Assembly (NCBI GenBank): GCA_050230475.1
Contig: JBFLGF010000093.1
Coordinates: forward strand, 1-64,000
Origin: Ancylonema sp.
Lineage: Eukaryota
Reading direction: 5' to 3'
Length of the DNA stretch: 64,000 nt
Within the stretch, counting starts at the first letter, position 1; every line of letters starts with the position of its first letter. Of this stretch, positions 38,801 to 50,800 are shown one piece after another. The notes beneath the pieces were generated by a model. It had not been told where the DNA came from and did no database searches. It worked only from the letters and a program-made list of their open reading frames with translations. Made by a program: the position numbers and the translations under genes.

Positions 38801-41800
38801 TTCTGGGAAAATTCCAATTGAGGTCTGGGAGGGGAATCTGGGAGGGGAAGAACCTGACACTTAATAAAAGTCATAATTTCGGGTGTCTGGTCCAATATCT
38901 GAAGGTTGGGGGGGAAAAGAACAGTCAAGGGGACAAGTTTAGTTTGCCCCTCGTCTGGGGATGGCTGCGGGGAGTGCAGGCTACAATGTTTTCGACCCCC
39001 ATAGAGTGGGGGTGATATCACGCATGGACGTGCGGTTCTTCGAGGAGGTGCCGGGGTACCCGAAGCTCATGGGGGGGAGAGCTCCCCAGGTTTAGGAGGC
39101 AGCAGAAAAACACTTTTTCTACCTTTTCCCCGACCCTCAAGATGAACCAGCTGCAGCAGTTGTGCCAGCAGCAGCAGTCCACCCCAACATGCCAGCAGCA
39201 GCAGTCCACCCCACCCACGCAGCAGTTTTGCAACCGATGCCAGCAGTTCTGCAGCCAATCCCAGCACCAGCAGAACCAGCAGTCCCTGAGACAGCAGCTG
39301 CCATCGACTATCCGCACGACAACTTCAAGCCACAAGCTACTGAGGTCCCTAACGCCACGATTGTGTTGTCTGACAGCCAGTCAGGGATCAACAACGCAGG
39401 AGGTGGAGATGCAGTGCAAGGAGGGGGTGCGAACCCAGGAGTGGGGGAGCCTGGCAGCGTAGCTGATCGGGTGATGGCTAGAAGGCGAGCCAACTTTGCC
39501 GAGTATGGGGATCTCATGGATGTGATGGGGAGGAGTTTCGATGACGCAGCTCACGCCAACTACTCAGCGACTGAGTGGGAGCCCAGCAGTTTCTACACTG
39601 CTTCAACGGTCCTGTGGATCCGGGCTACGGTGCGTAGCACTAACAGCAACTCCTCCGAGCCACTCACCTAACCATGCGTGAGAGGCCAGACTGGGACCAG
39701 GGGACAGGTCATTGTGGAAGAGCTCGGCAGCCCTGGAGACTTCACTCCTTTGAGGTGTGTGTGCTTCCTCCAGGTAAAAAGGCTGTGGGGTGCACATATG
39801 TGTTTAAGGTCAAAACAACACCACAGGGGGATATTGAAAGATATAAAGTCAGACTGGTCGCACAGGGATTCTTACAGCAAGAGGGTATTGACTATAATGA
39901 AGTATTTGCACCAGTAATCGACAGTACATCTATCACCCTACTCTCTCTATAGCAAACCAATATGACTGGGAACTGGAACAGATGGACGTAATCACAGCGT
40001 TCCTGCATGGACGTCTGGAAGAAGAAGAAGTTTACATGAAAATACCACCACGTATGTATATCAATGGGGGTGAGGGAAAGATCTTACGACTGAAGGGAGC
40101 TTTATACGGTCTAAAGCAGAGTATGGCAGGAAATGTTCAGAAAATAAAATTTATGATATCTGAAGGGTTTAAACAGTGCGTAATGAACACATGTATAGAT
40201 ATGAGGGGGGAAGCAGACAGCAGAATCATACTGGGCATACATGTAGATGATCAGGTGATCACAGGTCCTAACGCAATGGTCGTCAAAACTTTTAAAGAAG
40301 ATATGGGTAAAAAGTTCATTCAAAGTTAAGGATCTGGGTTCCCTAACCCATATCCTGGGGGTGGAAGTGAAGAGGGATAGACAGAGAAGACGCTCACACT
40401 GGGACAGTCAGGATTCTTAAGGGGAGTGTTTGAACGCTATGGGATGCATGAGTGTAATCCAACCAAACTCCCACTCGCCCCTGGAACTCAATTCACACAG
40501 AATGATGAACCAACTCTTCCCCCTACCCCTGAAGAAATAACCGACTTTCGAGGGAAAGTGGGATCTCTCATATATGCCATGAAACAAAACCAGACTGGAC
40601 ATCGGGTATGCACTTGGGGTACTGGCAAAACACATGGGAAATCCTGGGGTCGCACACATAAGGGCGTTACATCAACTATTTAGATACCTTAAAGGGACTG
40701 TGAACCACGGACTTGACGTTTGTGAAAGACAGCTTTGAAGTAAAGGGTTACTGCGATGCATCATGGAACAGTTGCAGATGACAGGGAAGTCAGTCACAGG
40801 ATGGGTAACCACGGTTGGGGGGACAGCACTGAGTTGGAAGTCGCAGAAACAGTCCACTGTTGCACAGAGCACTGCTGAGGCTGAATATATCGCTGCCTGT
40901 AGTGTATCTAAAGAGTGCTGTTATCTAAAGTCTCTCTTGAAAGAACTCAAAGTCCCACACCAAATCACAATCCACACTGATTCAACCTCAGCTCTCTCCA
41001 TGATCCAGAATCCTGTGCAAAGACAGAAAGCAAAACATTTTAATGTGGTATATCACTGGGTACGAGAATGCCACAGCACGGGGAGACTACTACTGTGCTA
41101 TATGTGATCTTGCAGGCGCCAATCAACCAGCAGATATGCTCTTCCCCAAGTTTTACTGGACAGACACAGCAAAAGTCTAGGTTTTGGACGGGTATACTGA
41201 AATGGGGGTGTCAGTCTTTTCTTTTATTTTTATGATCGAAGGTTTCGAATGCCATGCATGTTGGCAGGGGGTGTGTTGTTATGTTTCTTGTCATGCAGAA
41301 GTAATGGGGAGGGTACACCAACTTCAGCTCATCCAGCTAAGTCACACTTTCACCTTAATACCTTGAAAAGAACACTTGAGAAAACGCTTGAGGACACTTT
41401 AAAATCAGAAAGTGGTGAATCTGCTCAACTTTAAACTTGTCAGTTTGTTCTGAATTTCCGAATGTATGTTCTAATCATTGTTGCAAAACTTGTGTCAAAA
41501 GTTGGTGCTGATAGGACTGGTAATTTTGAAGTTATGCTGTTTTGAGATTTTTCTGACCTGGAAAGTGTGAAGTTTTCAAGAATCGTGAAGTTGAAAAAGT
41601 TAAGAAATCAAAAATATTTTTTCATAAGTTTTTTTGTTTTTCGCCTAACTTGTGGCATGTGTTTGTATGTGCAGGGCTTCGGCCCGAAAATCGACTAAGG
41701 ATCTGGAGCGATCGACTTCTGGAGTTCCGATCGGCTTCCGATCGTCTTCCGATCGTCTCTTCCGAACGGCTGCATTTATTGATAGAAAAACCCCTAGCAC

Positions 41801-42386
41801 GCTTGTGTGTATGCTAGGGAAGACCAAAACTGTTTTATATGTTATGCAATGGTTCTGCCATGTTTTGGCAATGACTTGGGTACTCCTTTTGATGTCTGCA
41901 TCTATGCCAACTTTAGCATGGCATCCGAAGGGGGTGTGTTAGAATATTTTGGATAGCCATATGTTATGCGTGCTAGTCCAGTTGTGACCGGTTAATCTAA
42001 CCGGGAGCAATATTCTAGATGTGCCTGTATGCGGGGCCGGGCAGTTTGTGCCCGGGCACCTGCCATGTTTCCGACGCTTAGAGACGTTATTTGTTGAAGC
42101 GTCGTGACTGGCTTGTTTAGTCGTGTCAGAATGTCCGGCATGTGCCGTTGACATGTAGAAGAGTGTCAGTCAATGATAGGCCGACGGTCATTGTGCCGAC
42201 CGTCGTCGGGCAACAATCTGTAAAGCGCATCGGGTATTACCATCCCCGATGCAATCACAATAAATATAATAATTCGTTCCACCACACGCAACTCCTGTCT
42301 CGTTGATCACCAGTGAGAGATCCTTTGCGTACGTTCGTTTTGTCGCCCACCTATATTCCGGCAGTCTAATCACTCAAAAGCTTATA
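35811..42386 (+). mobile_element. Copia A3, full length, degenerate gag-pol (36524 to about 41180)
   Basis: 5' LTR 35811-36265; PBS 36266-36278; PPT about 41927-41936; 3' LTR 41937-42386. Confidence 0.95.
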
Positions 42387-43162
42387 AACTAACCCTTGGG
42401 GAACGAGGGTGCTACCGCCGCATGCAATAGGGATGTTGGGAACACGGGTGAGTGAGGGAACGGCCTGCACGAAAATTTCGTGGTGAATATCCGTGTTTGA
42501 CAAAAGTGGTACACGTTGCCTTGCAATGTATACCTGTCGATGTTCGTGGTTGCGGTGGGGTGTCCCGAAAGAAGGGGTCAAATTCTCGACTGAGGGTAGA
42601 TCGAGGTGGTCTTGTATACGGGGAAATGGGTGAAGTCACATTCGATAGACGGGGTGCAGGAGACGACACCGGGGTGGTGAAGTTAGGCCTCGCGCCACGA
42701 GGTGGTGAGTGTGGAGTAGTGGTGACTTGAGTGACCAAGGGTGGTGGAATGGTCAACTCCCGAGGCTCGGTTGGTGTGGGATCGACTAGGGGAATGGGTC
42801 GATGGTGGGAACCACGGTAACATCGTCGTCGTCGAAGACACAATCGTCGTCTGCATCCGTCGATGTTGGGTCCTGACTGCGAAGACCGCGGCGGTTGGTG
42901 TCAGGGATCGGCATCTCGGTATATATTGTATCTGTGCTGTCCAAGTCCCATCTTGGACATTGTGCCTTTTATGACCCGGTTGTGAAGTCGTTGAAAGTAC
43001 AGTCCGGCGACGGTCGTAACAGTTCGATCCAGGAGGATGCGCAATGTGCTTCTTTCGCGCCATGTAGATGGCTGGGGTGCCCTAAGTCTCGTGGATGGAA
43101 AGAGGGCCTCCGGCTAAACAATGTCCGCCTGTCCTGAAAGCGGGTCGATACGTGTACATTTC
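42387..43162 (-). mobile_element. Element X1 piece 2 (protease C-terminus plus Pro/Thr-rich linker)
   Basis: Continues the 7633 ORF as ..PWTE|MYTYRPAF.., matching SWGHRFHYRV in the X2 protease. Confidence 0.7.
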
Positions 43163-43339
43163 TGTAACGGAGTGACGTGCGCGTTTGTGCATTACTCTTG
43201 TCTTTGTCGATAGTTAAGTTTATTATCGATTGCGCCTAAAAGTAGAGTTGCTTATAGAGAGGGACGCCGGCCTCGGGCCTGCGCCCCGCCTAAGTATTAT
43301 CAATACTTGGCGCAATGTTGCGCCAATTAATACTTGTTT
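43163..43339 (+). repeat. G1 5' LTR, part 2 (inverted)
   Basis: Reverse complement of the LTR portion missing after 18570; starts TGTAACGGAG. Confidence 0.9.
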
Positions 43340-44234
43340 TATAAGCTTTTGAGTGATTAGACGTGCAGGATGATTTGGTGGGCGTCAAAACGACCCGTAC
43401 GCAAAAGGATCTCTATCACTGATGATCAACGAGACAGGAGATGCGTGTGTGGAACGAATTATTATTGTGATCGCATCGGGGATGGTAATACACGATGCGC
43501 TTTACAGATTGTTGTGTGCCGACGGTCGGCACAATTGACCGTCGGCCTATCGTTGAGTGACACTCATCTACATGTCAACGGCACATGCCGGACATTTGCG
43601 ACACGACTAAACAAGCCAATCATAACACGTCAAGCAATAACGTCTCTAGTGTCGGCAACATGTCAGGTGCCCGGACACAAACTTGCCCGGCCCCGCATAT
43701 AAGCACATCTATCTAGGAATATTGCTCCCGGTTAGTAACCGGTTACAACTGGACTAGCAAGGCATAACATATGGCTATCCAAAATATTCCAACACACCCC
43801 CACCCCCTCGGATGCCATGCTAAAGTTGGCATAGATGTAGACATCAAAAGGACTACCCAAGTCACTGCCAAATCATGGTAGAACCATTGCATAACATATA
43901 AAACAGTTTTGGTCTTCCCTAGCATACACTCGTGCTAGGGGGCCCTATCTACAAATGCAGCCGTTCGGAAGCCGATCGGAACTACATGAAGTCGAAAGCT
44001 CCAGATCCTTAGTCGTTTTTCAGGCCGAAGCCCTGAACATACAAACAAATACCACAAGTAGGCGAAAAACAAAAAACAAAAAAACTTAAGAAAATGTTTT
44101 TGAATTTTCAACTTTTTCAACTTTATGATTCTCAAAATTTTACACTTTCCAGTCAGAAAAGTTTCAAAACAGCATAACTTCAAAATTACCAGTCCTATCA
44201 GCACCAACTTTTGACACAAGTTTTGCAACAATGA
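43340..44234 (-). mobile_element. 3' end of copia A1: 3' LTR (43340-43794), PPT, partial 3' UTR
   Basis: Same LTR variant as 18571 (TGTTGG, TCCTGCACGT); abuts the other half of the same G1 LTR. Confidence 0.88.
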
Positions 44235-45051
44235 AGAACTCCTGAGTGGAAATGGTGTCGAGCAACTGGGAAGCCACAAACTGTTGGTGAGATAGATGCA
44301 AAAAGTGATGGTACTCCGATTGGGATGTCTACCCGATGGTTGTGCCCGTGCGTTGCGACTTTTTCTGGAACTTTCGCAAAGGTGTGGTAAAGCCCTTGTG
44401 TTGACTCGTTTCCGGGGTCTTTGATAAACGTGGGTAATGGTGCCTACTCATGGAAGTGGATGGAAGCATTTGGGGGTGAGGAAGTCGATGGTAGTATCTC
44501 AGGGTGAGTGATGGTACCAGACTGTGACTCACGGGAAGGCATGCATGACGGTGTGAGGAAGAGCCCATGTGGCATGTCGACTTGGTGAAGTTGCCCAATT
44601 GTTGTGTCTTTTTCCGGAACTTGCAAAAATCGTGAGTCCAAAGGCAACAAGGGTGAAGAGATGCATGTGGAGAGTAGTGATGAAGGTCGTGATAGGAACT
44701 CAAACAGAGTGGTTGTACCAGACTCCGTCTCCGGGTGAAGCATGCAAATTGTGGAAGTGGGTTGAGGAAGACAAGATGGTGAGGACACGCGGCATAGTGA
44801 TGCAACCCACTCTTGTTGTGGTAATGGATTTTTCGGCATCATGGTTGAACTTGCACTCCCCCCAGGTAATGTCGATGTCTTGAACCTCGATAACTTGATT
44901 ACGAGTGATGGCAAAGGTGGTGACCCTGGCACATGAAGCATGTCACTGAATGTTTGCACAAGGTGACTGAAGGAAGACGCCCCCCCAGATTGGAGTTGAT
45001 TGGGTGTGGATGTCGTGGATGACCGGTCCACCAATGATGGAGTCCGAACCT
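44235..45051 (-). mobile_element. Probable element X2 internal continuation (from 62455)
   Basis: ACCT flanks both outer ends of Z; Pro/Ser/Thr-rich broken ORFs on the minus strand. Confidence 0.5.
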
Positions 45052-45851
45052 TGTCATACTTATTATAGTCGCACGTGCGGCACGTGTGTGCCGTACGGTC
45101 CCGGCCGGGGATGACCCGGTTACGGTTGACAACGCTAGCATACGGTTTGCGGTAGGGCGGTAGGCGGCTGGGAGCTGCGGGCCGGAGTGTGTATTTGTTC
45201 GCTATATAGCGGAGGCCGATAGTGACCGATGGGTTATTCGTGCTCGTTAGTACGATGGCTATGGCGGGGTTATTTGGTCGGGTGATTTATAGCGAGCTCG
45301 ACTGGCCGCATTAGGCGCAACGAGTTCCGCTGGCCGCATTATGCGCGGTAAGACTATTTGGCCATACTACTATGCGGGCGTCCGGTCTGCGGGCGGCCCG
45401 GCGAAAGGCACAGTCGATTTAGTCTGTGATTGGTGCAGTACAGCGCCATTTGCGGAGTGGTTGGGAATGACCCGTTAGTCAATGTCGATAGTCGAAGATG
45501 TGGCTGAGATATATTCGGGTAGGATGCATTCGATTTAACGTAGGTGTACGTTCAGGATTGAATCACAGCGTACGGAAAGTGGATACGTGGTCGCGGACCT
45601 GAAGGTCGGACCTTGGGTATGTAATCCGATTTTTGCGAGGACACTCGCGGCATCCTGCGCGAGTGCAGACCTAGCAAGTCTTGAAAGAGCGATGACGTGG
45701 CATCCTGTGACTGCGCTGTCGTGTAGCCATGGCTTGCTTAAAGGCTGGTAACTTATGAACCTAGTCTATGCGCGTAACCGAGTAGTCTTACATGAGGCTG
45801 CACTCAGTCCTCTTGATTAGATGCTGCGTGCGTTACCTCGCCTAGTTTGTT
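45052..45851. repeat. LTR Z, truncated copy
   Basis: Near-identical to 61391-62189; starts TGTCATAC. Confidence 0.8.
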
Positions 45852-46025
45852 CACTCTCGCAGGATCTTCAAACTAATGTCATTTCCATAAGAATGAGCCG
45901 ATTTGAACGTAGTCAAGTGCAATAGAAAGCTAGCAGACCACTCTACATTTTTTAATCTGTCAAAAGTTTAGATAGCGGCTTCAAAAGAAATCTGAACTTC
46001 ACCTTCGGAAGACCTTGACGAAGGC

Positions 46026-47851
46026 TTGAGGAGAGGGGGTGTCGAAAACCTCAACTTAGCGGACGGTATCAGAGTCCTCTCCGTCACCTCCCTCGTGAAA
46101 GTGGTCTCCGAGGGAGCTGACGGAGAGGACTCTGTCGTCGATTTGCACGATTGCTTGTACATGCCGAGAATGCATGTGAACATTTTCTCGCTGCAGAGGC
46201 TTCGTGAAAAACAAGGAAGTTACTCGATGTCCGGCAAGACCGGGAAAAAAGTGCCGATGTACAATTTTGCAAGGAAGCAATTTGCAGCGATGATCGAGAA
46301 TTCCGCGGGTCGACCGACGCTGATTAGTCGACCAGCCCTTGGCGAAGAAATGCGGGAAGTCCCTGAGTGTCTGCGGGCGGAGATCGATGTCGAGCTACTC
46401 CATCGACGCTGCGGACACGCCTCACAGGGAACATTGGAGAGGATGCTGCGGGAAGGGCTCGTGCGCGGGTGCGATTACGAAATTATGGGGGACCTTGGGC
46501 CGTGTGCTGGCTTGGCTGTCTCTTGGGAAAGGGACAGTCTCCTCCGCATCCTCGTGTCGATCCGGCGCTGCGCGCTCAGGAGTCATTCGGGCGTGTCTAC
46601 ATGGACCTGGCTGGCCCCTTCAAGCCGAAATCACTCGGGGGGGCGTCCTACAACCTAGTCTTCGTCGACAAGTACACGCGCTACAATTGGGCGATCCCGC
46701 TGAAAGACAAGGCGTTCACGGAGCTACTTCTGAAGGAGTGGGTCGTCGTGCAAGAGAAGCAGTCGGGTAGGAGGCTGAAGAAGTTGCGCTCCGACAACGG
46801 CGGAGAGTTCACGAAGACGTCGCTCAAGAAGTGGCTGGCTGCCAGGGTAGTGGAGCAGGAATTCACTCCGCCCGATTCGCTGCAATCCAACGGAGTGGTC
46901 GAGCGGATGAACCGGACCCTTCAAGACCGGGCGAGGGCGATGATGAACGGTGCAGGGCTACCGGGGAGTCTGTGGGCGGAGACGATTGCCATTGCCACCT
47001 ACCTACGTAACCGGGGAGCGGTTAGTGGGCTGCCACCAACACCTCACGAAAAAATGTGGACCGGGGATAAGCCATCGATCGCACACTTGAGGGCATACGG
47101 ATGTCGGGTGTATTGTCTTCTCGACGAGAAGGGAGAGCGGGGGGCAGGAAAAATGGGTGCGGCGGTGAGGTGGCAAGGAGTGTTGGTCGGTTACTCCACG
47201 GAGCGGGTGTGGGATCCGGTGAAGCGAACCGTCTCGAACGTGGGGATCTCGAACGTGGGGAAGCCAGTGTTCGATGAGGGTGTGAAGGCAAGGCATCATG
47301 GTGGCCGAAGGAGAAAGTTGGGAGGAAAGCCAAAGTCCCCGAGCTCGACGACGAGCCGATCGGCTTTTCGGACTTGAACGATGACGAAATGGGAGGGGGT
47401 AGTTCAGTTCGAGGGTTCCGGGTTCCCCAAAATCCCCCACCCATCGTCGTCGATGTCATTCCCGATCTCGTGGAGGATTCAAGTGATGATCGGGGAGGAC
47501 GATGATGATGATGATGAGGCTGAAGATGGTGGTTGGGGTGGTGATGACAATGACAACAACGATGAGGGTTTTGGGCAAGGTGGCGGAGGTGGCGGGGATG
47601 TCGATGATGGGAGTGATGGAGATGATGAGGGAGGAGAGCCACCCGTACCGGAAGAGCCGCGGCGTAGTGGAAGGGAGAATAGGGGTGTCCCTCCATTGCG
47701 CTTCATCGAGCAGTAGGCTGCATTTGTGGGAGAGGCTCAAAAATGTCCGGAAATTTTTTGTGAGGCGATGAATGGGGGGAAGGACAAAAAAAAAATGTGG
47801 CAAGCCGCGGTGGCTAGTGAGATGGGCAGCCTTAGGGAGAATGGTGTCTAT
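46026..47851 (+). pseudogene. pol: Copia E pol, 5' part (protease tail, GAG-pre-integrase, integrase, acidic linker)
   Basis: LHRRCGH, VYMDLAGP, LRSDNGGEF, SNGVVERMNRTL, PRRSGRENRGVPPLRF. Confidence 0.9.
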
Positions 47852-47867
47852 TTTGGCCAGTCAAGGA

Positions 47868-50800
47868 TATAAGCTTTTGAGTGATTAGACGTGCCGGAAT
47901 AATTAGGTGGGCGACAAAACGAACCGTACGCAAAAGGATCTCTATCACTGTTGATCACCGAGACAGGAGTTGCGTGTGTGGAACGAATTAATATTGTGAT
48001 TGCATCGGGGATGGTAATACCCGATGCGCTTTACAGATTGTCACAATTGACCGTCGGCCTATCATTGACTAAGCTCTTCTACATGTCAACGGCACATGCC
48101 GGATTGACACGACACTAAACAAGCCAGTAACGACGCTTCAAACAAATAACGTCTCTAAGCGTCGGAAACATGTCAGGTGCCCGGGCACAAACTTGCCCGG
48201 CCCCGCATACAGGCACTAGAATATTGCTCCCGGTTAGAAGAGTAACCGGTCACAACTGGTCTAGCAAGCATAACATATGGCTATCCAAAATATTCTAACA
48301 CACCCCCTCGGATGCCATGCTAAAGTTGGCAGATGCAGACATCAAAAGGAGTACCCAAGTCATTGCCAAAACATGGCAGAACCATCACATAACATATACA
48401 ACAGTTTTGGTCTTCCCTAGCATACAAGCGTGCTAGGGGATTCTATCGATAAATGCAGCCGTTCGGAAGACGATCGGAAGACGATCGGAAGCCGATCGGA
48501 CCTCCAGAAGACGATCGCTCCAGATCCTTAGTCGTTTTTCGGGCCGGAGCCCTGAACATACAAACAAATACCACCAGTTAGGCGAAAAACAAAAAAACTT
48601 ATGAAAATATTTTTTGATTTCTTAACTTTTTCAACTTCACGATTCTGAAACTTCACACTTTCCAGTCACAAAAATCTTCAAAACAGCATAACTTCAAAAT
48701 TAAAGTCCTATCAGCACCAACTTTTGACACAAGTTTCGCAATAATGATTAGGACATACATACGAAAATTCAGAACAAACTGACAAGTTTAAAGTTGAGCA
48801 GATTCACACTTTCTGATTTTTAAAGTGTCCTTCAGCGTTTTCAAGTGTCTTTTCAAGGTATTAAGGTGAAAGTGTGACTTAGCTGGATGAGCTGAAGTTG
48901 GGTACCCCCAATACTTCTGCCTGAAAAGAAACATAACAACACACCCCCTGCCAACATGCATGGCATTCGAAACCTTCGATCATAAAAATAAAAGAAACTA
49001 CTGACACCCCCACTACTGACACCCCCAGTTCAGTATAACCCCTAGACTTTTGCTGTGTCTGTCTAGTAAAACTTGTTGTTGGGGGTAGGGGTAGAGCTTT
49101 AGTGAGCATATCTTCTGGTTGATTTGCGCCTGCAAGATACACATATTTTAGTCTCCCCGTGCTGGGGCAGTCCCGTACCCAGTGATATACCACATTAAAA
49201 TGTTTTGCTTTCTGTCTTTGCACAGGATTCTGGATCATGGAGAGAGCTGAGGTTGAATCAGTGATTGTTGTGGGAATTTGAGTTCTTTCAAGAGAGACTT
49301 TAGATAACAGCATTCTTTAGACACACTACATGCAGCGATATACTCAGCCTCAGCAGTGCTCTGTGCAACAGTTGACTGTTTCTGTGACTTCCAACTCTGT
49401 GCTCTCCCCCCAACCGTGGTTACCCATCCTGTGACTGACTTCCCTGTCATGCTACAACTGTTCCATGATGCATCGCAGTAACCCTTTACTTCAAATCTTC
49501 AAATGTGTCTTTTCCCACAAACGTCAGTCCGTGGTTGACAGTTTGACAGTCCCTTTAAGGTATCTGAATAGTTGAGTTGATTTGATGATGTAGAGCCCTT
49601 AACCCCAGGATTTCCCATGTGTTTTGCCAGTACCCCAAGTGCATACCCGATGTCCAGCCTGGTTTGTTTCATGGCATATATGAGTGATCCCACTTTCCCA
49701 CGAAAGTCTGTTATTTCTTCAGGGGTAGGGGGAAGAGTTGGTTCATCATTCTGTGTGAATTGAGTTCCAGGGGCGAGTGGGAGTTTGGTTGGATTACACT
49801 CATGCATCCCATAGCGTTCAAGCACTCCCCTTAAGAATCCTGACTGTCCCAGTGTGAGCAGTATTCTCTGTCTATCCCTCTTCACTTCCACCCCCAGGAT
49901 ATGGGTTAGGGAACCCAGATCCTTGACTTTGAACTTTTTACCCATTTCTTCTTTAAAAGTTTTGACGACCATTGCGTTAGGACCTGTGATCACTTATCAT
50001 CTACATGTATGCCCAGTATGATTCTGCTGTCTGCTTCCCCCCTCATATATATACATTGTCCATTACGCATTGTTTAAACCCTTCAGATATCATAAACTTT
50101 CTGAACATTCTCTTGCCACACGTGGCTACTCTGTGTTTTAGACCATATAAAGCCCCCTTCAGTCAAGACCTTTCCCTCAGCACCCCCATTGATATACATA
50201 CGTGGTGGTATTTTCATGTAAACTTCTTCCTCCAGACGTCTATGCAGGAACGCTGTGATTACGTCCATCTGTTCCAGTTCCCAGTCATATTGGTTTGCTA
50301 TAGAGAGGAGTAGGGTGATAGATGTACTGTGTCGATTACTGGTGCAAATTTCATTATAATCAATACCCTCTTGTTGTAAGAACCCCTGTGCGACCAGTCT
50401 GACTTTATATCTTTCAATATCCCCCTGTGGTGTTGTTTTGACCTTAAACACATATATGCACCCCACAGCCTATTTACCTGGAGGAAGCACACACACCTCA
50501 AAGGTGTTGAACGTCTCCAGGGCTGCTAACTCCTCCACAATGGCCCAGTCCCACTGGTCCCAGTCTGGTCTCATCATCGCATGGTTGAGGGTGAGTGGCT
50601 CGGAGGAGTTGCTGTTAGATGCTAGCGTAGCCTAGCCCGGATCCACAGGACCGTTGTTGAAGCCAGTGTAGTAAAAACTGCTGGGCTCCCACTCCTCAGT
50701 CGCTGCTGAGTAGTTGGCGTGAGCTGCGTCATCAAACTCCTCCTCCCCATCACATCACATGAGGTCCCCATACTCCGCAACAAAGTTGGTGGCTCGCCTT

